From: Candidatus Woesearchaeota archaeon
GTDB taxonomy: Archaea; Nanobdellota; Nanobdellia; Pacearchaeales; GW2011-AR1
DNA: 64,000 bases
Assembly (NCBI GenBank): GCA_964651965.1
Contig: CAZYZS010000004.1
Coordinates: forward strand, 18,244-82,243
Reading direction: 5' to 3'
Shown: positions 26,046 to 34,994 of the stretch, in pieces
How the letters are laid out: the number at the start of each line of letters is the position of its first letter
How positions within the stretch are numbered: position 1 is the stretch's first letter
Translations under genes and position numbers: made by a program
Notes under the pieces: generated by a model
The model's database searches: none
The model's input: only the letters and a program-made list of their open reading frames with translations
Told to the model about the DNA's origin: nothing

Positions 26046-26159
26046 TGCGGGGAGTAGGAATCGAACCTACGCAGGCACTAAGCCACTAGGTCCTAAGCTT
26101 GGCTTTTTTTAAGAATTTCTTAAAAAATCTAGCCCGTTTGACCGCTCCGGCATCCCCGC
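26046..26159 (-). tRNA. tRNA-Leu (UAG) with a 30-nt non-canonical intron between positions 30/31 (26099..26128)
   Basis: Hand fold: acceptor GCGGGGA/TCCCCGC, long variable arm GGC-TTAGT-GCC, T arm GTAGG-TTCGATT-CCTAC. The BHB has bulge AGA, a 4-bp helix GGCT/AGCC, bulge AAG and an inner ~10-bp hairpin. The spliced anticodon arm is CTAGG-CTTAGGA-CCTAG. Confidence 0.75.
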
Positions 26160-26207
26160 ATAAAATGGAAAAGAAAAAAGGCTATAAAAAGATATTGTAA
26201 TTGCTTT

Positions 26208-27170
26208 TTAGTCTCTTAGAAATCCTTCTTTGTTAGTTATAAGCCTTTTTCCATGGGTTATTATTGCCATTCTTTTTAATATTTTTGGAAAATTGTTCTT
26301 AAGCCCTATTATTTGGCAGTGTATTTCATTTAGGTTTTTTGCATATAAGTCTATTTCATAGTCCCATAATCCTATTGTTTTAGACAGATGTTTTATGTTT
26401 TCTATCGAATGAAGGTACTTTTCAAATTTTTCCAGTTCTTTAGTATTTTGTATCTGGATAAGCAGCTTGTATACTTCATAGTCGAACTTGCCTAAATTTA
26501 GTGAAAGATAAAAGCCGGTAATTACGCCTTTCTTTTTAAGATTTTTAATATTATCTGAAACTGTTTTTGGAGTAAGACGTGTTTTTCTTGATATTTTAAG
26601 TATTGTTGCTCTTGGAGAGGGCCTGAGTATTAGGAGTATTTTCTTTTCTGTTTTGCTAAGCCCGGAAATTGAACAGGTTTTTGTTAACTCTTGGGTACTT
26701 TGTTTATTTTCATGCAAAAAAGAATATTTATGGAAGAATTCTTTTTCTGTAATAAGCATGTCTTTATGGTCTATAATTTCCAAAAACTTTCCTTCAAATT
26801 TGCTTATCTGAGAGATAAGCTCATCTAGGCTATGGACAATCATGCATATCTCTAAATCATAGTTTCCAAAGAGCCTTGCTGCCCATAAAATATTTTTGTT
26901 CTTTTTGGTTTCATTAATAATTCTTGTTTCAATTTCTTCGTTGTAATTTAACAGGCTATAAAAAATTTTTACCATCCTGTAATTTAGGTTAAGATAATTA
27001 ATTCCTGCAATATTATGGCTCATCAGCTCTTTTAACTTCTCAAATCTTAAAGCAACAGAATTTTTAGATAATCCTACTTTTTTTGCTATTTTAGAAAATG
27101 GTTGCCTGAAATCTAAATCCAGTTCTGCAAGAATCTTATAGTCTTTCTTGTCAAGCTTTAATTCTTCCAT
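26208..27170 (-). CDS. Tandem Lrp/AsnC-type transcriptional regulator (two wHTH + ligand-domain units)
   Basis: DKKDYKILAELDLDFRQPFSKIAKKVGLSKNSVALRFEKLKE, and a second unit LSKTEKKILLILRPSPRATILKISRKTRLTPKTVSDNIKNLKKKGVITGF. Confidence 0.7.
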   Translation of the reverse strand: MEELKLDKKDYKILAELDLDFRQPFSKIAKKVGLSKNSVALRFEKLKELMSHNIAGINYLNLNYRMVKIFYSLLNYNEEIETRIINETKKNKNILWAARLFGNYDLEICMIVHSLDELISQISKFEGKFLEIIDHKDMLITEKEFFHKYSFLHENKQSTQELTKTCSISGLSKTEKKILLILRPSPRATILKISRKTRLTPKTVSDNIKNLKKKGVITGFYLSLNLGKFDYEVYKLLIQIQNTKELEKFEKYLHSIENIKHLSKTIGLWDYEIDLYAKNLNEIHCQIIGLKNNFPKILKRMAIITHGKRLITNKEGFLRD

Positions 27171-27322
27171 AAAATATATATGTATAATTAATATATAAAT
27201 TTATCTTTTATCTTTAATTTTTATATTTTCTATTACAATAATATATTTTTTTAAAATTTTTTATATTATTGTTCTAAAATAGGGTGTTAACATTTTATAT
27301 AGTTTTTATTCTTGGATAAGGA

Positions 27323-28327
27323 ATGGCAGAAGAAAACCAAGAAGATGAGCTTGATAGGGATTTTAAAAATTTCGATCCAGAATATATGAATGCCTTTAGT
27401 GATGTTATAGGATATGTTTATGGCTGCAGGATGTGTAGGAATTATACTTTTGACAGGGATGCTGAAGAAATTTCTTGTTCTAAGGGGTATTTTAATGAAT
27501 CTGGTCCTGGTGCCAGCTGTAACGAAAAGGATTGTAATGGGAAGGAGTTTAGATTAAATCCAAATACAAGATGGCTAAGGGCAGTTTATCATTTAGACAA
27601 GGACAAGATTCAAAAAGAAGTGGAAGGCAGGATTTTAGATAGGAGAGTGTTTAAAGATATTGATAAATTTTCAAGAGAGCGATTTTATAGGGATAATAGA
27701 AGTGATTTTAGAAGCATAATTAGAGCCCTTCAGATTTGGGAAGTATCTACTTCTACGAAAGAAGAACTTTTAATGGCAGATGCTATTATTGCTTATGCTT
27801 TTGGATTTGGCTCAATAGAAAAAAACGAAAGGCCAACAAACGCAATATACGACCCTACAATAGATGTTCCTGGAAAAAGCAACGAGGCATTAGCAGATTT
27901 GATAGATGAGCATTTAAAACAGAATAAAAATATAGGATTAGAGGATGTTTTTGCTCAGGGGGAGGTTGCTGATGCATTTTCAAGTAAGAATGGATTTAAA
28001 AGAAAATTTGGAAATGTTGCAAGAGCAAAAGATGGATATCTTAGCACTAAAGGAGTTACTGATTATTTTGTGAATAATGGATTGAGGAGTTACAAGAATA
28101 TCGCTGTTTTTGCCCATCCCCTGCATATGTACCGATGCGTAAAAACTTTAGAAAAAAGCTTAAGTGATGCAAGAAGCGATGCTAAAATTTTAGTGCCAAG
28201 CACTTGGAGAGTTCCTTTTGATGAAAAGTCTGTTCAGCCTTGGACTAGAAATCTTAGGGCATGGATCTTTAGTGAAATTATCTCGAGAATAAATGCTATA
28301 ATAAAGGGGGATATTATAGTGGATTAA
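27323..28327 (+). CDS. Hypothetical protein with an N-terminal Cys cluster and a possible DUF218/YdcF-like C-terminal half
   Basis: CRMCRNYTF...CSKGYF...CNEKDCNG, then AIIAYAFGFG...PGKSNEALADLI...YLSTKGV...IAVFAHPLHMYRC, which is loosely reminiscent of DUF218. Confidence 0.3.
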   Translation: MAEENQEDELDRDFKNFDPEYMNAFSDVIGYVYGCRMCRNYTFDRDAEEISCSKGYFNESGPGASCNEKDCNGKEFRLNPNTRWLRAVYHLDKDKIQKEVEGRILDRRVFKDIDKFSRERFYRDNRSDFRSIIRALQIWEVSTSTKEELLMADAIIAYAFGFGSIEKNERPTNAIYDPTIDVPGKSNEALADLIDEHLKQNKNIGLEDVFAQGEVADAFSSKNGFKRKFGNVARAKDGYLSTKGVTDYFVNNGLRSYKNIAVFAHPLHMYRCVKTLEKSLSDARSDAKILVPSTWRVPFDEKSVQPWTRNLRAWIFSEIISRINAIIKGDIIVD

Positions 28328-28329
28328 AA

Positions 28330-29004
28330 ATGTCAGAAAATATTATAATAAAACTTGAATTGCCAGATAATGTAATTGGAGATCCACAAGTTATAAAGAA
28401 ATTAAGAGAAGGATTTAATATACAGTGGTTGGAAGATAGCGAAGAAATTAAAGAAAATAAAGTTACCTTGCCTTCTTTGCCAATAATATTATATTCTCAT
28501 GCGCATAGAGTCATACCTACTGATAGATCTGGCGATGCAAGTAATGCATCTTCATCAATACATCAAGATATCAAAGAACAGAATATAAGGTATTGGATTC
28601 ACCAAGTTTTTGTATATAATGGAAAATATTTTAAGAAAGACAATAAGGGGGTAATACAAGCTGATGAACATTATCTTGGAATTATCGTCCCAGTTCCATT
28701 AAAAGAATCTTGTCAAGAAGATTCTATAAGTTTAAGCGACTGGTTTAGAAAATATCCTTTAGATTCACATGCAGCTACTTTACTTGGTCCGGGAACGCGT
28801 CAAAAATTATTAGATGCTGTCCAGGTGGGTGAGGCAGATTCAAGTGAAAAAGCAGAATTTAGTGTTAAGGGTTTATCTCTACCAGAAATTGTTCCAGCGT
28901 CATTTCATTATTATAATGCTTTCAGTTGTCATTATAGTGATAGTGCAGACATATATTTTAGTTATAAATGTTTAGAACATTCACGGAAAGTGGTAATAAA
29001 ATAA
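28330..29004 (+). CDS. Hypothetical protein (224 aa)
   Basis: Starts 2 nt after the upstream stop. No motif recognised. Confidence 0.4.
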   Translation: MSENIIIKLELPDNVIGDPQVIKKLREGFNIQWLEDSEEIKENKVTLPSLPIILYSHAHRVIPTDRSGDASNASSSIHQDIKEQNIRYWIHQVFVYNGKYFKKDNKGVIQADEHYLGIIVPVPLKESCQEDSISLSDWFRKYPLDSHAATLLGPGTRQKLLDAVQVGEADSSEKAEFSVKGLSLPEIVPASFHYYNAFSCHYSDSADIYFSYKCLEHSRKVVIK

Positions 29005-29013
29005 AAATACAAA

Positions 29014-29604
29014 ATGGAAACTAAAAATCATTCAACTAACCAACTATTTTGCGAGTTTATGAATCATCTTGCCAGAAAGAGCATAGAATATGCTGGAAGC
29101 GATGTCAATTGCAGTACAGCTTTTCAGAATATAACTGGGGGAGGATGGGAATCTTCTTTAGAGTATGTGATTGCTTGTTGTGATGAGATACTCGGCAGGC
29201 ATACTGCATTTTCCTGGCATTATGAGCCTGATGAAGGTGTAGAAGAGGATAGAGTTTGGCCTGAGCGTTGGAGAGCTGACTTTGCTTTGAAATTAGGAAG
29301 AAAAATTCAAGAGTCGAATATAAGCTTATATTCCCAAGAAATGTTAAAGATGCTTAGTGATGGTCTGGGAGTTGGAACCCATGGGTTTTTTGGCTCAGAT
29401 TATTATGTAGGGGATGTGGTAAAATGGGGGCTGGATTTTCTTTTAGAAAATGCACTTGACGAGGCAACTAAAAATAAGATTCAGGAGATTATAGGTTCAA
29501 AAGTTAAGAAAGAGACTGATATGTTTGGAAATGAACGCGAAATTCATCTTACTTCTGGCATGACTGCAGAAAAGTATGAACAAATTTATTTCTCTAAGGA
29601 GTAA
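29014..29604 (+). CDS. Hypothetical protein (196 aa)
   Basis: Third gene of the same tightly spaced unit. No motif recognised. Confidence 0.4.
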   Translation: METKNHSTNQLFCEFMNHLARKSIEYAGSDVNCSTAFQNITGGGWESSLEYVIACCDEILGRHTAFSWHYEPDEGVEEDRVWPERWRADFALKLGRKIQESNISLYSQEMLKMLSDGLGVGTHGFFGSDYYVGDVVKWGLDFLLENALDEATKNKIQEIIGSKVKKETDMFGNEREIHLTSGMTAEKYEQIYFSKE

Positions 29605-29697
29605 TAAGTTAAACATTAAATAAAAAACAAAAGAAGAAAAAATATAAAACAAATAAAATAAGAAAAAATAAAAAATAGAAAAAAGAAAAATAAAGAA

Positions 29698-30639
29698 CTA
29701 TTTCTTTTTTTTGCCCTTGGAGACTCTTGATTCAGCTTCTTTTATCTTGATTTTTTCCTCTAATTCTAGCTTTTCTAAAAGTTCTTTGTACCTGTTTCTG
29801 ATTGTAACTTCTGTTATCCCTGCAACATCTGCAACTTCTCTCTGGGTTTTTTTCTCGTTGTTTAATAAAGCGGCTACGTATAATGCAGCTGCAGCTATAC
29901 CTGCCGGGCCTCTTCCTGAGGTCAGTTCAGAAATCTCTGCTTTTTTCAGTATTTTAAGAGCGTCGTTAAGAGTTTTCGGGCTTAGGTGCAAGATAGAGCC
30001 AAATCTGCTTATGTAGTCTTTAGGCGAACTAGGAGTAACTTTGATTCCAAGTTTCCTTATTATAAATCTGTAAGTTCTTCCTATCTCTTTTCTCTCTACA
30101 TCCGAGGCATTGGAAATTTCATCTAGAGTCCTTGGAATATCGTAGCTTCTGCATGCAGAATAGATGCAGGCTGCTATCACAGATTCCATACTTCTTCCTC
30201 TTACTAAGCCTCTTTGCAGGACAAAATTATAAATTCTGGCTGCTTCGTCTCTTACAACTGTAGGCAAGTTTAGGAATGATGCTACCCTTCTTAGCTCTGC
30301 CATTGCAAGTCTTAGATTTCTTTCTATCGATGTTGAGACTCTTTCCTGCCATTTTTTCAGCCTGAGAAACTTTCGGGTTGCTCCGCCTTCTAGCTTGTAG
30401 ATATCGGAAATCTCTCCTACGTTGGTAGTAAGGCCTTTATCAAATTTCTGTATGCTTAATGGAGCGCCGCCTCTTCCTTTCTTTTCGCCTGACTCAGATT
30501 TTCCATACATCTCCTGCCCGGTATCGACCATCTTTTCTTCTACTACTAAGCCGCAGTCACTGCAAATAACTTCTCCTCTTTGTTCATCATAAGTAAGGTT
30601 TATAGAATCGCATTCTGGGCATCTTTTTATAAAAGTCAT
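29698..30639 (-). CDS. tfb: Transcription initiation factor IIB (TFB)
   Basis: N-terminal zinc ribbon CPECDSINLTYDEQRGEVICSDCGLV and two cyclin-fold repeats. Confidence 0.95.
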   Translation of the reverse strand: MTFIKRCPECDSINLTYDEQRGEVICSDCGLVVEEKMVDTGQEMYGKSESGEKKGRGGAPLSIQKFDKGLTTNVGEISDIYKLEGGATRKFLRLKKWQERVSTSIERNLRLAMAELRRVASFLNLPTVVRDEAARIYNFVLQRGLVRGRSMESVIAACIYSACRSYDIPRTLDEISNASDVERKEIGRTYRFIIRKLGIKVTPSSPKDYISRFGSILHLSPKTLNDALKILKKAEISELTSGRGPAGIAAAALYVAALLNNEKKTQREVADVAGITEVTIRNRYKELLEKLELEEKIKIKEAESRVSKGKKKK

Positions 30640-30748
30640 TTTGATTTTAGAGTTAAATTTATAAATCTTATGGTTGCGTAAGGTTTATAAACCTTTCGGT
30701 TGAGAGTATTTAAACCTTTGCCTAGAATTCCGTTTTCTCGTCTATAAT

Positions 30749-31126
30749 TTAGTCTATCAGTACCCCTTCAACTTTGCCTTCTTGGCTTGGCCTGTTGGTT
30801 ATTTTTGCCTTTCCTAGTTCGGTGTTTATAATTGCGCCTTTGACTAGGATGTTTTGCCTTGCTAAGAAGCGGTTGGATGGAGTTTCAATTACTGTAATTA
30901 TTTTTGCTTTTCTTGCTTTTCTTGTTTTTTTGTCAATTAAATTAGCAATATCTGCTGAAAGAAGAACAGTTTTCTTTTTTCCGCCTCTACCTTTTATCTC
31001 CTTTTTTTTGGTTTCTTTTAATTTTACAGTTCTTACCTTGCCCACTTTCTCGTAGTGTTTCTTCTTTCTTTGCTGTTTGTACCTTCCGCCGGATATCTTT
31101 CTTCCTTTGTCCATTTTAAATTTCAT
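30749..31126 (-). CDS. rps8e: 30S ribosomal protein eS8 (S8e)
   Basis: GRKISGGRYKQQRKKKHYEKVG...GRGGKKKTVLL...VKGAIINTELGKAKITNRPSQEGKVEGVL. Confidence 0.9.
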   Translation of the reverse strand: MKFKMDKGRKISGGRYKQQRKKKHYEKVGKVRTVKLKETKKKEIKGRGGKKKTVLLSADIANLIDKKTRKARKAKIITVIETPSNRFLARQNILVKGAIINTELGKAKITNRPSQEGKVEGVLID

Positions 31127-31445
31127 GAAAAATCATATTTAAACCTTTGCTTTTTGTAAAGTCGATTTGCAAACTTTACATACAACTACTCTTTTCTATT
31201 CTTCAAGTAAGCCTTCTCCAAAAGCTATCTCAAACTTTCAATTCTAATTGCTATGCTGGATACTTAATTGAAAATTCTCGACGCCTGCTAGCTTTTTCCG
31301 AAGAGAAATTACTTTTTCATATTAAAACAGTTATCCCTATTCTAATATTGTCTGTAAGATTGCTGAGCATGAGGAGGCAATCGGGCAAAGTAGTGTTAAG
31401 ATAGAGGTTTACTTTAAACTTTTCTGCGTTAGAAGCATATTTTCC

Positions 31446-31466
31446 AAAAGAGAAAACTTTAAAAAG
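31446..31466 (+). promoter_or_regulatory. BRE/TATA-like promoter upstream of the Sm gene
   Basis: aaaagagaaaactttaaaaag ends 21 nt before the ATG at 31487. It matches 31852..31872 in 20 of 21 positions. Confidence 0.45.
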
Positions 31467-31486
31467 TATTTTATCACAAAAGTATT

Positions 31487-31759
31487 ATGGTTAACGGTAT
31501 TGAGAGACCTCTTGACCTTTTGAATGGTTCAAAGGGAAAAGAAGTCTTGGTACAATTGAAGAATGACCGGCAATTAGTGGGGACGCTATTGGCTTTTGAT
31601 ATCCATATAAACATTGTTATGGAGAATACAAAAGAAATGCAGGCAGGAGAAGTAAAAAGAAATATTGGGCTTACCTTCTTGAGAGGAGACACAATAATCT
31701 TTATCTCCCCGGCATCAACAGTAGCAACTGAGAAAAAAGGAAAATCAGAAAAACAGTAA
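31487..31759 (+). CDS. Sm-like archaeal protein (SmAP/LSm)
   Basis: Sm1/Sm2 motifs: LLNGSKGKEVLVQLKNDRQLVGTLLAFDIHINIVMEN ... FLRGDTIIFISP. Confidence 0.9.
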   Translation: MVNGIERPLDLLNGSKGKEVLVQLKNDRQLVGTLLAFDIHINIVMENTKEMQAGEVKRNIGLTFLRGDTIIFISPASTVATEKKGKSEKQ

Positions 31760-31851
31760 GTTCTTCTTTAATCCTTAAGCTAGTATTTTGCTGATTTCTC
31801 TATTTTGAATAGGTATTTGGAGTTTCGTATATTTCTTAAAATAACGTTTGC

Positions 31852-31872
31852 AAAAGAGAAAAGTTTAAAAAG
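31852..31872 (+). promoter_or_regulatory. BRE/TATA-like promoter, near-duplicate of the Sm promoter
   Basis: aaaagagaaaagtttaaaaag ends 24 nt before the ATG at 31896. Confidence 0.45.
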
Positions 31873-31895
31873 CGTAGTATTTTCAGAGTGGTAAC

Positions 31896-32312
31896 ATGAC
31901 TGAGCGAAATATTACAAGAAGAGGGTTTTTCGGATTGGTTGCAAGAACTGCAGCAGCAGGGTTAGCAGCAGTTGCAACATTAGATAGCCCTGTTGAATCT
32001 GCCGAAACCAATAAGGTTACAGAGAGGAAATCTTCAGCTGTTCCTGCAGATAGAAGTGATGTTGTTGCTTATGGAAACCCTTGCGCAAATTACCAACAAG
32101 GGGCGGTCTACGCATCCTGTAATAGCGATGGGGTCTGTAAAACAGGTTGCCCATTTTATGAATTAGAGCATCTTGGGGATTATCAAGGTGCAGGCGATGC
32201 TGGAAGATCTAATAGTTTGAAGGATACAAAAGTTGCGTATTTTCCTGGAGCAGATAGGCAAAATTCGGCTAATCCAGATCCGCATGCAAGATCTGCGCGA
32301 GTTGCAGCTTAA
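31896..32312 (+). CDS. Small secreted protein with a twin-arginine (Tat)-type signal, unknown function
   Basis: ITRRGFFGLVARTAAAGLAAVATL. The GC content is visibly higher than in neighbouring genes. Confidence 0.55.
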   Translation: MTERNITRRGFFGLVARTAAAGLAAVATLDSPVESAETNKVTERKSSAVPADRSDVVAYGNPCANYQQGAVYASCNSDGVCKTGCPFYELEHLGDYQGAGDAGRSNSLKDTKVAYFPGADRQNSANPDPHARSARVAA

Positions 32313-32317
32313 AAAAT

Positions 32318-33214
32318 TTAAACTTCTATTTTCATCAAGTCTTCTGCAAGTTCTGTATTTTTGAAGATTTTTCTTGCTTCGTCTAGAAGAATTTTTTCAT
32401 TGCTTTGGTATCTCTGGCTTATATGAGTTAAAATTAATTTTTTTACTTTTGCTTTTTTGGCAATCTCTGCTGCCTGACTAGCTGTTAAATGCATGTTTTC
32501 TTTTGCAAGCTCGCTATCTTCCTGATTGTAAGTGGCTTCTGCTATAAGCAAATCTGCGTTTTCTGCGGCTCTATAACAGTTGTCTGTAAGTTCTGTGTCT
32601 AGGATTATTGTTATTTTTTTACCTTTTTCTTTGTAAGTTAGATCTTTTGATTTTATTGTTTTTCCGTTGAATTTTATATCTTTTCCTTTTTGCAACTCTC
32701 CTATTAAAGGAGAACTTGGAAGCCCTAATTTTTCTAGTTTTTTCTTGTCTAATCTTACTTTATCTTTTTCAATAAAAGAGTAGGCATTGCAGGGAATTCC
32801 ATGTTTCAGAGGAAAAGCTTCTATGTAAAAGTCTTTGGTATCCAGAAATTTTCCGTTTATTTCTTCTGTGTTTATTTTTATTTTGTCTTGAAATACAAAC
32901 ATGTTCTGGATTAAAGGCAAGAATCTCTTTGTATTTCTTGGACCGTAGACCTGCAGTGTTTTACTGTAGCTGTTTAATGCAAGGGTTTGAAGCAAGCCCG
33001 GAAGTCCGAGAACATGGTCACCATGCCAGTGAGTTATAAGTACCCTGCTGATTTTGCAGGGATTCAGTTTGGCTTTCCTAAACTGGCGCTGGGTGCCTTC
33101 TCCGCAGTCTATTAAGAGAGTTTCATCTTTATAGCTTAGAAGCATGGCTACATGATTTCTTCTGGCAGTTGGAATTGCCTGGCTTGTTCCGAGAAAAACT
33201 ATTGGTATTTTCAT
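32318..33214 (-). CDS. rnz: Ribonuclease Z (tRNA 3' endonuclease, metallo-beta-lactamase fold)
   Basis: LIDCGEGTQRQ and ITHWHGDHVLGLPGLL (HxHxDH); the ~300 aa size fits. Confidence 0.9.
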   Translation of the reverse strand: MKIPIVFLGTSQAIPTARRNHVAMLLSYKDETLLIDCGEGTQRQFRKAKLNPCKISRVLITHWHGDHVLGLPGLLQTLALNSYSKTLQVYGPRNTKRFLPLIQNMFVFQDKIKINTEEINGKFLDTKDFYIEAFPLKHGIPCNAYSFIEKDKVRLDKKKLEKLGLPSSPLIGELQKGKDIKFNGKTIKSKDLTYKEKGKKITIILDTELTDNCYRAAENADLLIAEATYNQEDSELAKENMHLTASQAAEIAKKAKVKKLILTHISQRYQSNEKILLDEARKIFKNTELAEDLMKIEV

Positions 33215-33456
33215 AGAAAAAGATAGTAAATTAGGTTTAAATTCTTTTGCAGATGCTTTGCTTTCTGACTTTTACTTTTAAATGTCCATAATATTCTCGA
33301 AAACTTCGGGGCTCATTTTTCTCGATAATAACTTTCCTTAGAATTCCAACTAATTTAAAATGCGAGGCTAATGAGTCGGCGCAATTAATCGAATTATAAA
33401 TCTGAGCGAAGTGAGGTCTTATTTGTGAAAGAAGTTCAGAGACTGTATAGGATAAA

Positions 33457-34302
33457 CTATTTTCCTGCTAGCTTTTTAATATGTGGGATCCCAAGTATAA
33501 GAACTAAGATAAGAAGCACTACTATTACTCCGATTAATAACCCGGTGATCAAGCCACTTTCATATTTTCCTTTTTCTTGGGTATCTTCTGACGGTTCTGT
33601 AACATTCGCTGTTAGATTTACAGGCACAGGTTCTCCGAAGGTTTCTACTGTAGAATTTACTAATGGTAGCTGAAGAAGATTAAGGTTTTCTAATGGAGTC
33701 GCCATTGCGCATTTGTAGCATCCGATTACGGGGCATATGCCATCAGATTCTTGAACATTACAATTCCTTGCAGCTAGCAACCACCCCTTGTCGTACTCGT
33801 CAGTTTTAGAGCCCATCTGAACGAAGCTATTGCCGCATCCAGCTGGCTTGAAATAGAGAAGATTACCTATGCGCGAAGCGTTTGAAATTATTTTAATATC
33901 CTCTGCTGAAATCCCATAAACTATATTGTTAGTTACAAGCAACTTTAATGCCAATGAGGTTAGCCCTTCAGATTCTGGATATTTATCCATAAATTTAAGG
34001 CTTAAAGAATAAATTTTCGACTTATTACCCTCCTGGGATTGTCTAGCTACCATGAGTATTTCGTGCTTTGCATATATCGTATTAAAGTTTATCTCTTTAT
34101 ATTCTGTTAACCCTTCGCTGGTAGAAATGTTTACGCAACTTTTTTCAGTGCAATAGCTCTCAAGAGCCGCCATATCTATCCCAGAACCATTGGGGAAAAC
34201 TATCGCTAGCTGATCCGCATTATTTATTATGCAAGCAGAAACAGCTTCAAAAGTTAGCACTAAAATTAATAAGCTTAAAAAACTCAAAGCCCCTCTTTTC
34301 AT
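33457..34302 (-). CDS. Secreted protein with a signal peptide and a C-terminal TM anchor, unknown function
   Basis: N-terminal FLSLLILVLTFEAVSA, C-terminal LITGLLIGVIVVLLILVLILGI followed by basic residues. Confidence 0.5.
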   Translation of the reverse strand: MKRGALSFLSLLILVLTFEAVSACIINNADQLAIVFPNGSGIDMAALESYCTEKSCVNISTSEGLTEYKEINFNTIYAKHEILMVARQSQEGNKSKIYSLSLKFMDKYPESEGLTSLALKLLVTNNIVYGISAEDIKIISNASRIGNLLYFKPAGCGNSFVQMGSKTDEYDKGWLLAARNCNVQESDGICPVIGCYKCAMATPLENLNLLQLPLVNSTVETFGEPVPVNLTANVTEPSEDTQEKGKYESGLITGLLIGVIVVLLILVLILGIPHIKKLAGK

Positions 34303-34398
34303 TCTTATTATAGCCGATTTACATTTATAAACTTTTCTTCTGTTTTTATTCGTGACTAAAACGAATATTTAAAAATGATGCTTTATTCTTTCTAGTAT

Positions 34399-34490
34399 GG
34401 GCCCGTAGCTCAGCCTGGATAGAGCATTAGCCTTCTACAAGGCAGCTTAAAGAAAGCTAAGGGTCGCAGGTTCAAATCCTGTCGGGCCCG
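34399..34490 (+). tRNA. tRNA-Arg (UCU) with a 17-nt canonical 37/38 intron (34438..34454)
   Basis: Hand fold: acceptor GGGCCCG/CGGGCCC, anticodon stem TTAGC/GCTAA, loop CTTCTA..A, T arm GCAGG-TTCAAAT-CCTGT. Confidence 0.8.
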
Positions 34491-34556
34491 TTTTATTTTT
34501 GATTATAATTGTTTTATTGCATAAATCTTTAAATATTAAAGTTTTGTTTTTTAAGC

Positions 34557-34994
34557 ATGGCTGGAAAATATTCTACGAGGATTGGCAGAAGAAACGTAGA
34601 TGTGACTGCAGGTCTTCCTTCTTCAAGGGGGGCAGATTATGTTGCAGAAGAGATTCATTTTTCAGGGCATGAAACTAGAATGAAGAGAAGGGCTTTAGAA
34701 CAGGTTCTCTTTATACAGGGATTAGTTCCTGCTGAAATGGATAGGAATTGGGATAATTCTGGTTTGGAATATGGTTTTAATGATCAACCTTATAGAGAGC
34801 AGGCAGGTAAGTCTGATACATCAGCACCAGATGTTTGGGTTGGCTTTGACAGTAAGGGTGGCAAATTAGGATTGAAGTTATCCCCTCACTTTGCCGGTGG
34901 AAGAGACGAAACAGAACTTTTCGGGTATGCTGCAGTTATTCTTAGTGCTATCGGCTGGTTTGTAGAGGACGGGAGGAATTTTACTCCCCCGTAA
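34557..34994 (+). CDS. Hypothetical protein (145 aa), GC-richer
   Basis: ORF only; no motif. The 3' end overlaps the convergent 911-aa gene by 14 nt. Confidence 0.35.
   Translation: MAGKYSTRIGRRNVDVTAGLPSSRGADYVAEEIHFSGHETRMKRRALEQVLFIQGLVPAEMDRNWDNSGLEYGFNDQPYREQAGKSDTSAPDVWVGFDSKGGKLGLKLSPHFAGGRDETELFGYAAVILSAIGWFVEDGRNFTPP

Noticed and set aside
29605-29697. A ~90-nt A-rich tract (T-rich on the minus strand) between the 196-aa gene and tfb
   Set aside because: This is best explained as oligo-T archaeal terminator sequence for tfb plus AT-rich spacer, not a repeat element or RNA gene.
31147-31404. An 85-aa plus-strand ORF in the 360-bp spacer between rps8e and the Sm gene
   Set aside because: It starts at a non-ATG codon with no promoter-like element upstream. 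It is Leu/Ser-rich and lies upstream of the recognisable Sm promoter. It is more likely intergenic, and I could not find a convincing C/D or H/ACA RNA there either.
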